NCBI GenBank assembly: GCA_035252905.1
Contig: DATFCQ010000051.1
Span: forward strand, 317 to 64,316
Reading direction: 5' to 3'
DNA length: 64,000 bases
From: Stellaceae bacterium
Lineage (GTDB): Bacteria > Pseudomonadota > Alphaproteobacteria > ATCC43930 > CGMCC-115725
Shown piece by piece: positions 26,607 to 34,473 of this stretch. Both the position numbers and the translations under genes were made by a program. The number at the start of each line of letters is the position of its first letter. Positions within the stretch are counted from its first letter, which is position 1. The notes under the pieces are model-generated. The model saw only the letters and a program-made list of their open reading frames with translations, did no database searches and had not been told where the DNA came from.

Positions 26607-27997
26607 GCGACCTCTACTGGCTCACGGCGAGGGAGGCGGCGCAGGCGATCGCCGCCCGCAAGCTCTCGCCGGTCGAACTGACGACGGCGCTCCTGGAGCG
26701 GATCGGCCGGCTCGACCCGAAGCTCCATGCGTTCATCCGCCTCGACGCCGAAGCGGCGATGGACGCGGCGCGAGCGGCCGAAGCCGAGATCGCCGCGGGC
26801 CGCCCACGCGGGCCATTGCACGGCGTGCCGGTCGGCATCAAGGACATCATCGATGTCGCGGGCCTGCCGACGACCTGCCATTCCAAGATCCTGATCGACA
26901 ACATCGCCGCCTCCGATGCGGTGTGCGTGGCGCGACTGCGCGGCGCCGGCGCGATCATCCTCGGAAAATTGTCGACGCACGAATTCGCGATCGGCGGCCC
27001 CAGCTTCGACCTGCCCTGGCCGCCCGCACGCAACCCGTGGAACCCCGATCATCACCCCGGCGGCTCGTCTTCGGGATCGGGCGCGGGGGTCGCCGCCGGC
27101 CTGTTCCCCTTGGCCCTGGGCAGCGACACCGGCGGCAGCGTGCGCAACCCGGCCAGCGCCTGCGGCATCGTCGGGCTCAAGCCGACCTACGGCCTGGTGT
27201 CGCGCCGCGGCGTCTTTCCGCTGTCCTTCACGCTCGACCATGTCGGCCCACTGACCCGCACCGTGGCCGACAACGCGCTGATATTGGAGGTCATCGCCGG
27301 TCATGATCCGCTCGACCCCGGCAGCGCCGCCGCGCCGGCCGGGCATTATGCGCGCCGATTGGAGCACGGCGCGCGCGGGCTGCGCATCGGCTTCATCCGG
27401 CATTTCCACCAGACCGACCTGCCGGCCGATGCCGAGGTCGCGGCCGCACTGGAGAACGTCGCCCAGACCCTGGAGGGGCTCGGCGCTCAGATCCGCGAGG
27501 TCCGCCTGCCGACGCTCGGCGAGTTCGGCGCCGTCAACCGGGTGATCCTGCAGAGCGAGGCCTGGGCGATCCACGGCCCCTGGCTGCGCGAGCGGCCCGG
27601 CGATTACGGCCGGCTCGCCCGCCGTCGCCTGATGCCCGGGGCTTTCCTCGGCGCCGGCGACTACGTGCAGGCCGCACGCCGGCGGCTCGAAATGATCGCC
27701 GCGGTCGAAGACACCCTGCGCGAGGTCGACGTCCTGATGTGTGCCAGCGCGATGGATCCGCCGAGCCGGATCGAGGATGCGGCCGAGACCGAGCGCACCT
27801 ATCCGCGGCAGGCGCGCACGCCGTTCAACGTGACCGGCCATCCGGCACTGGCGATGATGGCCGGTCTGTCACGCGGCGGGCTGCCATTGTCGGTGCAGTT
27901 TGTCGGCCGCACCTTCGAGGAAGCCACACTGTTCCAGATCGCGCGCGCCTGGGAACGCGCTTCCGGCACCGACGAAAAGCACCCGCCTGTGCAGTAA
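26603..27997 (+). CDS. amidase (amidase-signature family, AtzE/GatA-like)
   Basis: Within ORF 26078..27997. GTG 26603 has GGGAGGAG upstream. The Ser-cisSer-Lys triad context GIKDII, GGSSSGSGAGVA and GSDTGGSVRNPA is present. Confidence 0.9.
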   Translation: MSDLYWLTAREAAQAIAARKLSPVELTTALLERIGRLDPKLHAFIRLDAEAAMDAARAAEAEIAAGRPRGPLHGVPVGIKDIIDVAGLPTTCHSKILIDNIAASDAVCVARLRGAGAIILGKLSTHEFAIGGPSFDLPWPPARNPWNPDHHPGGSSSGSGAGVAAGLFPLALGSDTGGSVRNPASACGIVGLKPTYGLVSRRGVFPLSFTLDHVGPLTRTVADNALILEVIAGHDPLDPGSAAAPAGHYARRLEHGARGLRIGFIRHFHQTDLPADAEVAAALENVAQTLEGLGAQIREVRLPTLGEFGAVNRVILQSEAWAIHGPWLRERPGDYGRLARRRLMPGAFLGAGDYVQAARRRLEMIAAVEDTLREVDVLMCASAMDPPSRIEDAAETERTYPRQARTPFNVTGHPALAMMAGLSRGGLPLSVQFVGRTFEEATLFQIARAWERASGTDEKHPPVQ

Positions 27998-28015
27998 GCG
28001 GGCGGAGGGCCGATC

Positions 28016-28462
28016 ATGACCAACCCCGACCGGTTCGCTCTCGAACGCTTTGTCACGGCCCAGGCACCCGTCTTTTCCTCGGTAGTGGAGGAGCTCAAGG
28101 CGGGCCGCAAGCGCAGCCATTGGATGTGGTTCATCTTTCCGCAATTGCGCGGGCTGGGCCGTTCCCCGACGGCCGAGCTCTACGGCATCGGCTCGCTTGA
28201 CGAGGCGCGCGCCTACCTCGCCCATCCGGTGCTGGGACCCCGGCTCGATCGGTGCACCCGCCTGGTTCTCGCCATCGAGAACAGCTCGTTGCATCGGATA
28301 TTCGGATCGCCGGACGACCTCAAATTCCGCTCCTCGATGACCCTGTTCGCGCTCGCGGCAGGGGATCAGGGAAGCCCGTTCCGGCAGGCTCTCGACCGCT
28401 GGTGCGACGGCCAAGTCGATGAAAGGACGCGGGAGCTGTTGGACACCGGCGGTCGGCACTAG
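28016..28462 (+). CDS. DUF1810 domain-containing protein
   Basis: 148-aa ORF. RFVTAQAPVFSSVVEELKAGRKRSHWMWFIFPQLRGLGRS is the signature N-terminal block of DUF1810. Confidence 0.85.
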   Translation: MTNPDRFALERFVTAQAPVFSSVVEELKAGRKRSHWMWFIFPQLRGLGRSPTAELYGIGSLDEARAYLAHPVLGPRLDRCTRLVLAIENSSLHRIFGSPDDLKFRSSMTLFALAAGDQGSPFRQALDRWCDGQVDERTRELLDTGGRH

Positions 28463-28493
28463 GCGGACGCCGGGATCGGAATGGGGGGACAAC

Positions 28494-29918
28494 ATGCGGC
28501 TGCCGGCAGCCTGCTACCTCTTGGCCCTGCTTGCCTTCAGTGCCGCGGGATGCCAGCCGAATGCTCCGCTCCGTTATCGGACGGATGCGTGTCTGGCGCC
28601 GGCCGGCGCCACCGGCGACGCGTGCGGCGTCTCCTCCTTGGAGGAGCATCGGCTGCAGAACCACCCCGGCCAATCCTTCCTGCTCGGCTTTGTCGAGGTC
28701 GACGATCAGGGCAGGCCGTATATCCGCAACCAGATCCCCCTATTGTTCAACCGGATCGAGCAGGAGGCCCGGTACCGGGACCTGTCGATCGTCGTCTTCG
28801 TCCACGGCTGGAAGCACAACGACGCGCCGACCGACGACAATGTCGTCGCGTTTCGCCGCCTGTTGCGGCAGGTGGCCGAAATTGAATTGCAGCGGGCGCC
28901 GACCTACTGGCCGAAGCGCAAGGTGGTCGGGATCTATATCGGGTGGCGCGGGCTTTCGTTCGGCGCCGGCGAGATCGGGCAGGACCTGACGTTCTGGACG
29001 CGCATGGCTGCCGCCCATCGCGTCGCCGAGGGAGCGGTGCGCGAGGTGTTGGCGCGCGCCAAGGCGCTGCGCGACGCCGTCGACGCCTCATCCTGGCCCG
29101 GCCATCAGGATCACCGCAGCACCCGATTGATCACGATCGGGCACAGCTTTGGCGGATTGATCGTCTACACGGCCCTGTCGCAATACTTCATCGACCAAGC
29201 GGTACAGAGCGAGGCGGCACCATTCGCCCGATCCCTGCTGCCCGCGCCGGCGCAAGGCGGACCGGACAAGGGCAAGGAGATCGCCGGGTACGGCGACCTC
29301 GTGGTCGTCGTCAATCCGGCGATCGAAGCGACGCGCTTCGAGCCGATCCGCGAATTGATGCAGAACCGCCGCAGCCCGGGCGGTTTTGCCCCGAACCAGA
29401 ACCCGGTCTTTGTCGAGGTCACCTCGGACGCCGATTGGGCGACCGGCATCGCCTTCCCCGCCGGGCGCCTCGTCAACACGACGGTCGAGAGCTTTACCGG
29501 CCAGGGCGAGCGGCAGGAAGCGATGGCCGCGCTCGGCCATTATCCCCTGTTCTGGACCCATCGCCTCGCGGGCCCTGCGGCCCGAGCGGACCAGAACCCG
29601 ACGCCGCCGCCGATCGACGTCGAACAGGAATGCCGCGACTTCGCCCGCTTCACTACGCAGGAGCGGGCCGACGGCTATCTGAAACCCGGCTGGCGGCGGC
29701 GCTACCGGACCGGCGCCGTACTGACTGCGAACGCGAATTTCGACCCCAACGACCCCTTCTGGATCATCACCACCGACCAATCGATGATCGAGGGCCACAA
29801 CGACATCGAGGAGCCGGTCTTTGTCGATTTCATCCGCCAGCTCTATGACGACCTCGTCCGCCTCAAGGAGGACGTGCCGTGCCGCACCACACCGGGCGCG
29901 GCGCGCAAGATAGGATGA
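28494..29918 (+). CDS. lipoprotein, alpha/beta-hydrolase (esterase/lipase-like) of unknown specificity
   Basis: Within ORF 28419..29918. ATG 28494 gives MRLPAACYLLALLAFSAAGC (lipobox). VVFVHGWKHN and the nucleophile elbow GHSFGG are present. Confidence 0.75.
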   Translation: MRLPAACYLLALLAFSAAGCQPNAPLRYRTDACLAPAGATGDACGVSSLEEHRLQNHPGQSFLLGFVEVDDQGRPYIRNQIPLLFNRIEQEARYRDLSIVVFVHGWKHNDAPTDDNVVAFRRLLRQVAEIELQRAPTYWPKRKVVGIYIGWRGLSFGAGEIGQDLTFWTRMAAAHRVAEGAVREVLARAKALRDAVDASSWPGHQDHRSTRLITIGHSFGGLIVYTALSQYFIDQAVQSEAAPFARSLLPAPAQGGPDKGKEIAGYGDLVVVVNPAIEATRFEPIRELMQNRRSPGGFAPNQNPVFVEVTSDADWATGIAFPAGRLVNTTVESFTGQGERQEAMAALGHYPLFWTHRLAGPAARADQNPTPPPIDVEQECRDFARFTTQERADGYLKPGWRRRYRTGAVLTANANFDPNDPFWIITTDQSMIEGHNDIEEPVFVDFIRQLYDDLVRLKEDVPCRTTPGAARKIG

Positions 29919-29925
29919 ACAAGAT

Positions 29926-29951
29926 GGCGGAATACGCTGCGCTATTCCGCC
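29926..29951. repeat. REP-like element, copy 5 (single arm only)
   Basis: GGCGGAATACGCTGCGCTATTCCGCC hairpin without the CTAC junction or a second arm. It lies between convergent genes and probably also acts as a terminator hairpin. Confidence 0.75.
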
Positions 29952-30009
29952 GCTTTTCAAACAGGATCCAAATCAAAACAGATTTAAACTGATCCCTCTT
30001 TTTCCAAAC

Positions 30010-31323
30010 TCATGCAGCCACCGGCTCCAACTCTCCCTCCAGCTCCTCGCGCTCTACCTTGTGATGGTTGACAAGGAGTGTACGGATTGTCAGCTCGGAG
30101 ACTGCGAAGTGAGCGGCGGCCTCCTGCTGCGCTTCCATCGAATAGTCGCCCGCCAGCATTTCATCGACGGCTTCGAAGGGGGCGAGCAATTCCGCCGCAA
30201 AGGACCGCTGCATTTTTTGATGATAGGTATGAGCGCGCGTCGCCGGGTGCAGGCATCCCGGGATCGGCAGGATGATCCGATTGCCGAGCAGCCGCGCCAA
30301 TTCGAAGCGTCGTCCAGTTTCCCATTTCGAGCGGAACACGACGCGCCCCTCTGTCGGCCCTCGGTCGAGAGCGAATGAGATCTGCGGTCCGATGGTCCGG
30401 CCCGTCAAGGCCCGCGCCTGCACGCCGGCGAGCTTGGCCAAGGTATGGTTATCGATTTTCTTAGAGCCGAGCCGTTCCTGATCGCGAAGCGCCCGGGCCG
30501 CCAACGCACCGAGCCGCCAAGCCGGAACCTCCGCGGCTCGCGGCAGCTCGGGGTTTGGCTTGAACGCGACAACATCGCGCGGCGATGCGTCGAAGCCGCT
30601 CTCGGCGGCGACCCGAGCCAAGCTTTCGGCGGTCAGCAGCGAGCCGCCGCGAGCGTGATCGGCCGCGAGTTCTTCGACCGCTTGTTCGCCAAGCAAAGCA
30701 GTGTCCGCCACCAGACGCTCGAGCACTGTAGGCTCGGCCTCATCAGGGTCCTTGCCAGAGAGGGCTTCCAGTTTCCGGCGCTTGAACAGGTCACGGTCCG
30801 CGCGCTCGATCAGAACATCGCGCCAGATGCAGTCGAGATTGGTCTCACTGATGCCCTGATCCCGCAGCCGACCCAAAATGCGCGGGATAAAAGCGTCCAA
30901 GGCTGCCTCAAACTGTGTAGAGGGCAGGACGCACGGGGACGCTCCAAGATACCGGAAAGGCTTTGCATTCGGCCGGACAGAGCGTTCGGCCAGCAAGGCT
31001 GTCCTCACCCCATCGGAAAAGATCGTCAGGTTCGGCCAGACATAGCCCTCGCCGATTGCCGTCATCTTGTGGGCGCGCCACCATTCCGGGGCACTGGATT
31101 GGGGTTCGAAGCGCAGCCTCCACCAATTCCAGGCAAGCCACTCGGCGGCGTGATAGCCTGAAACCAGAGGTCCTGGCCGATAAGCCGAGATGAAGAAATC
31201 CATGCCACTGGTCAACTCGACCTCGCCGGCGCGGATCGTGAACAGGCCGAAACAGGCGCATTCCTCGGGCGTCCCCTCATCCAGCCGCTCTGGCGCCAGC
31301 GCGATCTCTAGCCCTGCGGCCAT
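30010..31323 (-). CDS. hypothetical protein: unknown Trp-rich N-terminal domain plus C-terminal ImmA/IrrE-like domain lacking HEXXH
   Basis: ORF 30010..31335. I prefer ATG 31323 because GGAGGG lies 4 nt upstream. The C-terminal ~160 aa (KIDNHTLAKLAGVQARAL...GRVVFRSKWETGRRFELARLLGNRI...QKMQRSFAAELLAP) follows the ImmA/IrrE (COG2856) layout, but HExxH is replaced by ARLLGN. Confidence 0.75.
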   Translation of the reverse strand: MAAGLEIALAPERLDEGTPEECACFGLFTIRAGEVELTSGMDFFISAYRPGPLVSGYHAAEWLAWNWWRLRFEPQSSAPEWWRAHKMTAIGEGYVWPNLTIFSDGVRTALLAERSVRPNAKPFRYLGASPCVLPSTQFEAALDAFIPRILGRLRDQGISETNLDCIWRDVLIERADRDLFKRRKLEALSGKDPDEAEPTVLERLVADTALLGEQAVEELAADHARGGSLLTAESLARVAAESGFDASPRDVVAFKPNPELPRAAEVPAWRLGALAARALRDQERLGSKKIDNHTLAKLAGVQARALTGRTIGPQISFALDRGPTEGRVVFRSKWETGRRFELARLLGNRIILPIPGCLHPATRAHTYHQKMQRSFAAELLAPFEAVDEMLAGDYSMEAQQEAAAHFAVSELTIRTLLVNHHKVEREELEGELEPVAA

Positions 31324-31748
31324 CGTGCCCTCCATTCCCGGAGTATGTACCGACGCATTTCCGGCTCGTCTTCCCCAATCCGATAGCCGTGATACGATGT
31401 ATCCGGGGGTTTGGCTTTGGCTTCGTAGACTTCCCCCTCGGCATCAACGGCCCATACGTATTTGGGCACCCCGCCGGACTCGAACCGGCTGACCATTCCC
31501 GCTGCGAGGCCTTTGCGGAACAGCATTACTGCGTCCGCACGGAGCAGCGGGCGAAGCTCGTCGCAGAGCGATTTCGAAGGCCGCGGATTGATCGGCGGCA
31601 CGAAGCCGTAGTCACCGGGGTAGAGTTTGTGAAGGCTGCTGCCGCCATAGCGCAAACGGACCGCCAGAGCCTGCAACTCCTCGGCCCCGACCGACTCTGC
31701 GGGAAGGACGCGGCGGTCCGGCCGGTTGCTCTGTCGCTTTCTCGTCAT
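31308..31748 (-). CDS. small hypothetical protein (146-152 aa), first gene of the orphan cassette
   Basis: ORF 31308..31766 (GTG 31766 or ATG 31748). It has a basic N-terminus (TRKRQSNRPDRR) and motifs HKLYPGDYGFVPP, RPSKSLCD, VWAVDAEGEVYEAK and SYHGYRIG. I recognise no family. Its 3' end overlaps the next gene by 16 nt. Confidence 0.65.
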   Translation of the reverse strand: MTRKRQSNRPDRRVLPAESVGAEELQALAVRLRYGGSSLHKLYPGDYGFVPPINPRPSKSLCDELRPLLRADAVMLFRKGLAAGMVSRFESGGVPKYVWAVDAEGEVYEAKAKPPDTSYHGYRIGEDEPEMRRYILREWRARWPQG

Positions 31749-31772
31749 GCCTGACGCGCGCCGCACCCAGCC

Positions 31773-32516
31773 CTATTGCGCGATATACCCGCCGTCGATG
31801 ACCAGTTCGGCGCCGGTAACGAACGAGGCCTCGTCGGAGGCGAGGAACAACACGCCGTAGGCGACCTCGATCGGCTGGCCGATCCGGCGCAGCGGGGTCA
31901 TTGCGATCTTCTCGTCGCGCTCGCCGGCATTGGTCGCGTTCAGCATCGGCGGCATGTAGCCGGGATGGACGGTGTTGACCCGCACGCCCATGGGGCCGTA
32001 GCGCACCGCCGCCGCCTTCGAATAGATCCGCACTGCACCCTTCGACGCGTGATAGGCCGGGTGGCCGCTGCCGCCGCCGACAAAGCCCATGATCGAGCTG
32101 ATGTTGACGATCGAACCGCCTCCGGTCTTGGCCATCTGCTCGGCGGCGAGCTTGGTGCCGAGAAAGACGCTGGTCTGGTTGACCGCGATGATGCGGTCCC
32201 ACCCTTCAAGGGCGTCGCGGTCGCCGACCGAGCTGCCGGAGATCCCGGCATTGTTGACGAGGATGTCGAGCCGGCCGTAGCGCGCCACCGTCGCCGCGAT
32301 CAGGTCGCGCCACTCGGCCTCGCGCGTCACGTCGATCGTCGCGGCCTGGGCCTCGCCGCCGCCGGCGCGGATGTCGGCGGCGATCGCCTCGGCTTCTTTC
32401 GCCAGGATATCGGCGACGAAGAGCCTCGCGCCCTCCGCCGCGAACAGGCGCGCCTCGGCCTCCCCCATGCCGTGCGCCGCGCCGGTCACGATCGCCACCT
32501 TGTCCTTGAGCCGCAT
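31773..32516 (-). CDS. SDR family oxidoreductase (classical short-chain dehydrogenase)
   Basis: Within ORF 31773..32828; ATG 32516. MRLKDKVAIVTGAAHGMG (TGxxxGxG), NNAG, the YxxxK motif YHASKGAV, and PGYM. Confidence 0.92.
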   Translation of the reverse strand: MRLKDKVAIVTGAAHGMGEAEARLFAAEGARLFVADILAKEAEAIAADIRAGGGEAQAATIDVTREAEWRDLIAATVARYGRLDILVNNAGISGSSVGDRDALEGWDRIIAVNQTSVFLGTKLAAEQMAKTGGGSIVNISSIMGFVGGGSGHPAYHASKGAVRIYSKAAAVRYGPMGVRVNTVHPGYMPPMLNATNAGERDEKIAMTPLRRIGQPIEVAYGVLFLASDEASFVTGAELVIDGGYIAQ

Positions 32517-32630
32517 AAGGACCCCCGTTTTGCTGTAGGCGGACATCGCCGGCGCTTGTGTTGCGACCGGCGATGATCCGAGAATACCGGCTGCCGACCG
32601 GCCGTGCCAGACAGACCGGGCCGGCGCGGC

Positions 32631-32670
32631 GCGGATTGCGGAGAGCAAGAGCGGATTGCGGAGAGCAAGA
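32631..32670. repeat. perfect 20-bp tandem duplication (x2) in a divergent intergenic region
   Basis: GCGGATTGCGGAGAGCAAGA at 32631-32650 is repeated exactly at 32651-32670. Confidence 0.9.
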
Positions 32671-32865
32671 GATGAATGGGACCGGCCAGGCGGCGATCGT
32701 GACCGGGGCCTCGCGCGGCATCGGGCGGGCACTTCGGACCGCGGGCGTCCCGCCCGCATGCGGCCGAGACGGCCGCGGTCCCAGGGGTGCGGGGTCGGCC
32801 GGACGACCGCCTTCAAACCGATGCACAATTTGCTTTAGAAGGCTGCAGGGCTGGGGAGATCGCCG

Positions 32866-33048
32866 ATGACCCGACAGGAACTCGACCTGATATTGACGCG
32901 GCTCGGACTGGCCGTGCCGGAACGCGAGCGGGACGAGATCGCCGCCGCCGCGCATCTGATCGACGAGATGAATGCGCGGCTGCGCCCGCCCGGCGGGCGC
33001 GACGTCGCCGCCGAGCCGGCGCATGTCGTCCGCTTTCCGGAGGGCTGA
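32866..33048 (+). CDS. GatC/AtzG-like small protein (probable amidase partner subunit)
   Basis: 60-aa ORF MTRQELDLILTRLGLAVPERERDEIAAAAHLIDEMNARLR...AEP. It ends 3 nt before the amidase start and parallels the 26424..26606 gene. Confidence 0.65.
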   Translation: MTRQELDLILTRLGLAVPERERDEIAAAAHLIDEMNARLRPPGGRDVAAEPAHVVRFPEG

Positions 33049-33051
33049 ACC

Positions 33052-34440
33052 ATGGTCGCGGATTTCCTGACCATCGCCGAGGCGGCGCGGCTGATCGAGC
33101 GGCGCGAAGTGTCGCCGGTCGAACTGGTCGACAGCCGACTTGCCCGCATCGAGCGGCTCGACAACCGGCTCCACAGCTTCATCCACGTGTTGGCCGAGGA
33201 GGCCCGCGCCGAGGCGCGCGCGGCCGAGGCCGAGATCGCCGCCGGGCGCCGGCGCGGGCCCCTGCACGGCATTCCGATCGGTCTCAAGGACATCTACGAA
33301 ACCAAGGGCGTCGCCACGACCGGCCACTCCAAGGTCATGCAGGACCATGTGCCGCAGGCCGACGCCTTTTCGGTCGCCCGGCTCCGGGCGGCCGGCGCGA
33401 TCGTGCTCGGCAAACTGGCGACGCACGAATTCGCGTTCGGCGGCCCGAGCTTCGATCTGCCCTGGCCGCCGGCGCGCAACCCGTGGGACACGGACCGCTT
33501 CACCGGCGGCTCGTCGAGCGGCACCGGCGCCGCGGTGGCGGCGGGATTGGTGCTCGGCGGCACCGGCAGCGACACCGGCGGCTCGATCCGCGGGCCCGCC
33601 GCCTATTGCGGGATCGCCGGGATCAAGCCGACCTACGGCCTGATCAGCCGCCGGGGCATCCTGCCCTTGTCCTTTGCACTCGACCATGCCGGTCCGATGG
33701 CCTGGACCGCCGAGGATTGCGCGCTCCTGTTGCAGGCGATGGCCGGCCACGACCCGGCCGACCCGGCGAGCGCGAACCGCCCGATCCCCGACTACCGGGC
33801 GGCGCTCGACCGCGGGGCCAGGGGTCTGCGCATCGGGCTCGTCCGCCATTTCTACGAGCGCGATAACGAGGCCAACACCGCAACACGACAGGCGATCGCG
33901 GCGGCGGCGGAGACCCTGCAGGGGCTCGGCTGCACCGTGCGCGAAGTGACCCTGTCGCCGCTCGCCGATTGGGCGGCCTGCGGGGTCGCGATCATGCTCG
34001 TCGAGGCCTATGCGATCCACGAAGCCAATCTGCGCCGCCGCTTCACCGATTACGGCGAGGCGTTCCGCGACCGCATGGCCTTGGCTGGACTGATCACCGG
34101 CGCCGACTACGTGCAAGCGGTGCGGCGCCGGCGCGAACTGGTCGACGAACTCGACCGGGCGATGGCCGATCTCGACCTGGTGATGACCGCCGCCGCGCCG
34201 AGCGAGGCGCCGCGGATCGACGCGGTGGGCAAGTTCTCGACCTTCGAGCGGCCCTTGTTGACGATGCCGTTCAACGTCACCGGCAGCCCGGCGATGGCGA
34301 TGTGCTGCGGCTTTACCGAGGCCGGCCTGCCGTTGTCGTTCCAGATCGTCGGCAAGCGTTTTGACGACGCGACCGTATTGCGCCTCGCGCACGCCTACGA
34401 GCAGGCGACCCCGTGGCGCGCCCGGCGGCCGCAGCTTTGA
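33052..34440 (+). CDS. amidase (amidase-signature family, AtzE/GatA-like), paralogue of 26603..27997
   Basis: 462-aa ORF with GLKDIY, GGSSSGTGAAVA and GSDTGGSIRGPA. It is collinear with the other amidase and shares long identical blocks (THEFAxGGPSFDLPWPPARNPW). Confidence 0.9.
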   Translation: MVADFLTIAEAARLIERREVSPVELVDSRLARIERLDNRLHSFIHVLAEEARAEARAAEAEIAAGRRRGPLHGIPIGLKDIYETKGVATTGHSKVMQDHVPQADAFSVARLRAAGAIVLGKLATHEFAFGGPSFDLPWPPARNPWDTDRFTGGSSSGTGAAVAAGLVLGGTGSDTGGSIRGPAAYCGIAGIKPTYGLISRRGILPLSFALDHAGPMAWTAEDCALLLQAMAGHDPADPASANRPIPDYRAALDRGARGLRIGLVRHFYERDNEANTATRQAIAAAAETLQGLGCTVREVTLSPLADWAACGVAIMLVEAYAIHEANLRRRFTDYGEAFRDRMALAGLITGADYVQAVRRRRELVDELDRAMADLDLVMTAAAPSEAPRIDAVGKFSTFERPLLTMPFNVTGSPAMAMCCGFTEAGLPLSFQIVGKRFDDATVLRLAHAYEQATPWRARRPQL

Positions 34441-34473
34441 ACCGGCCAGGAGAAGCCCCCAGGAGGAGATTCA

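Noticed and set aside
31470-31500. tRNA T-arm-like sequence on the minus strand (GCCGG-TTCGAGT-CCGGC followed by GGGGTGCCCA), which could have been a tRNA 3' fragment or att site next to the orphan cassette
   Set aside because: It lies inside the small cassette ORF, where it encodes ..SRFESGGVPK... No complementary 5' acceptor strand (GCACCCC), D-arm or anticodon arm can be found upstream, and the terminal bases read CAA rather than discriminator plus CCA. I treat it as coincidental.
32631-32670. Possible CRISPR-like or other repeat array
   Set aside because: There are only two directly abutting 20-bp units with no spacers, and no cas genes anywhere in the window. It is a simple tandem duplication and is reported as such.
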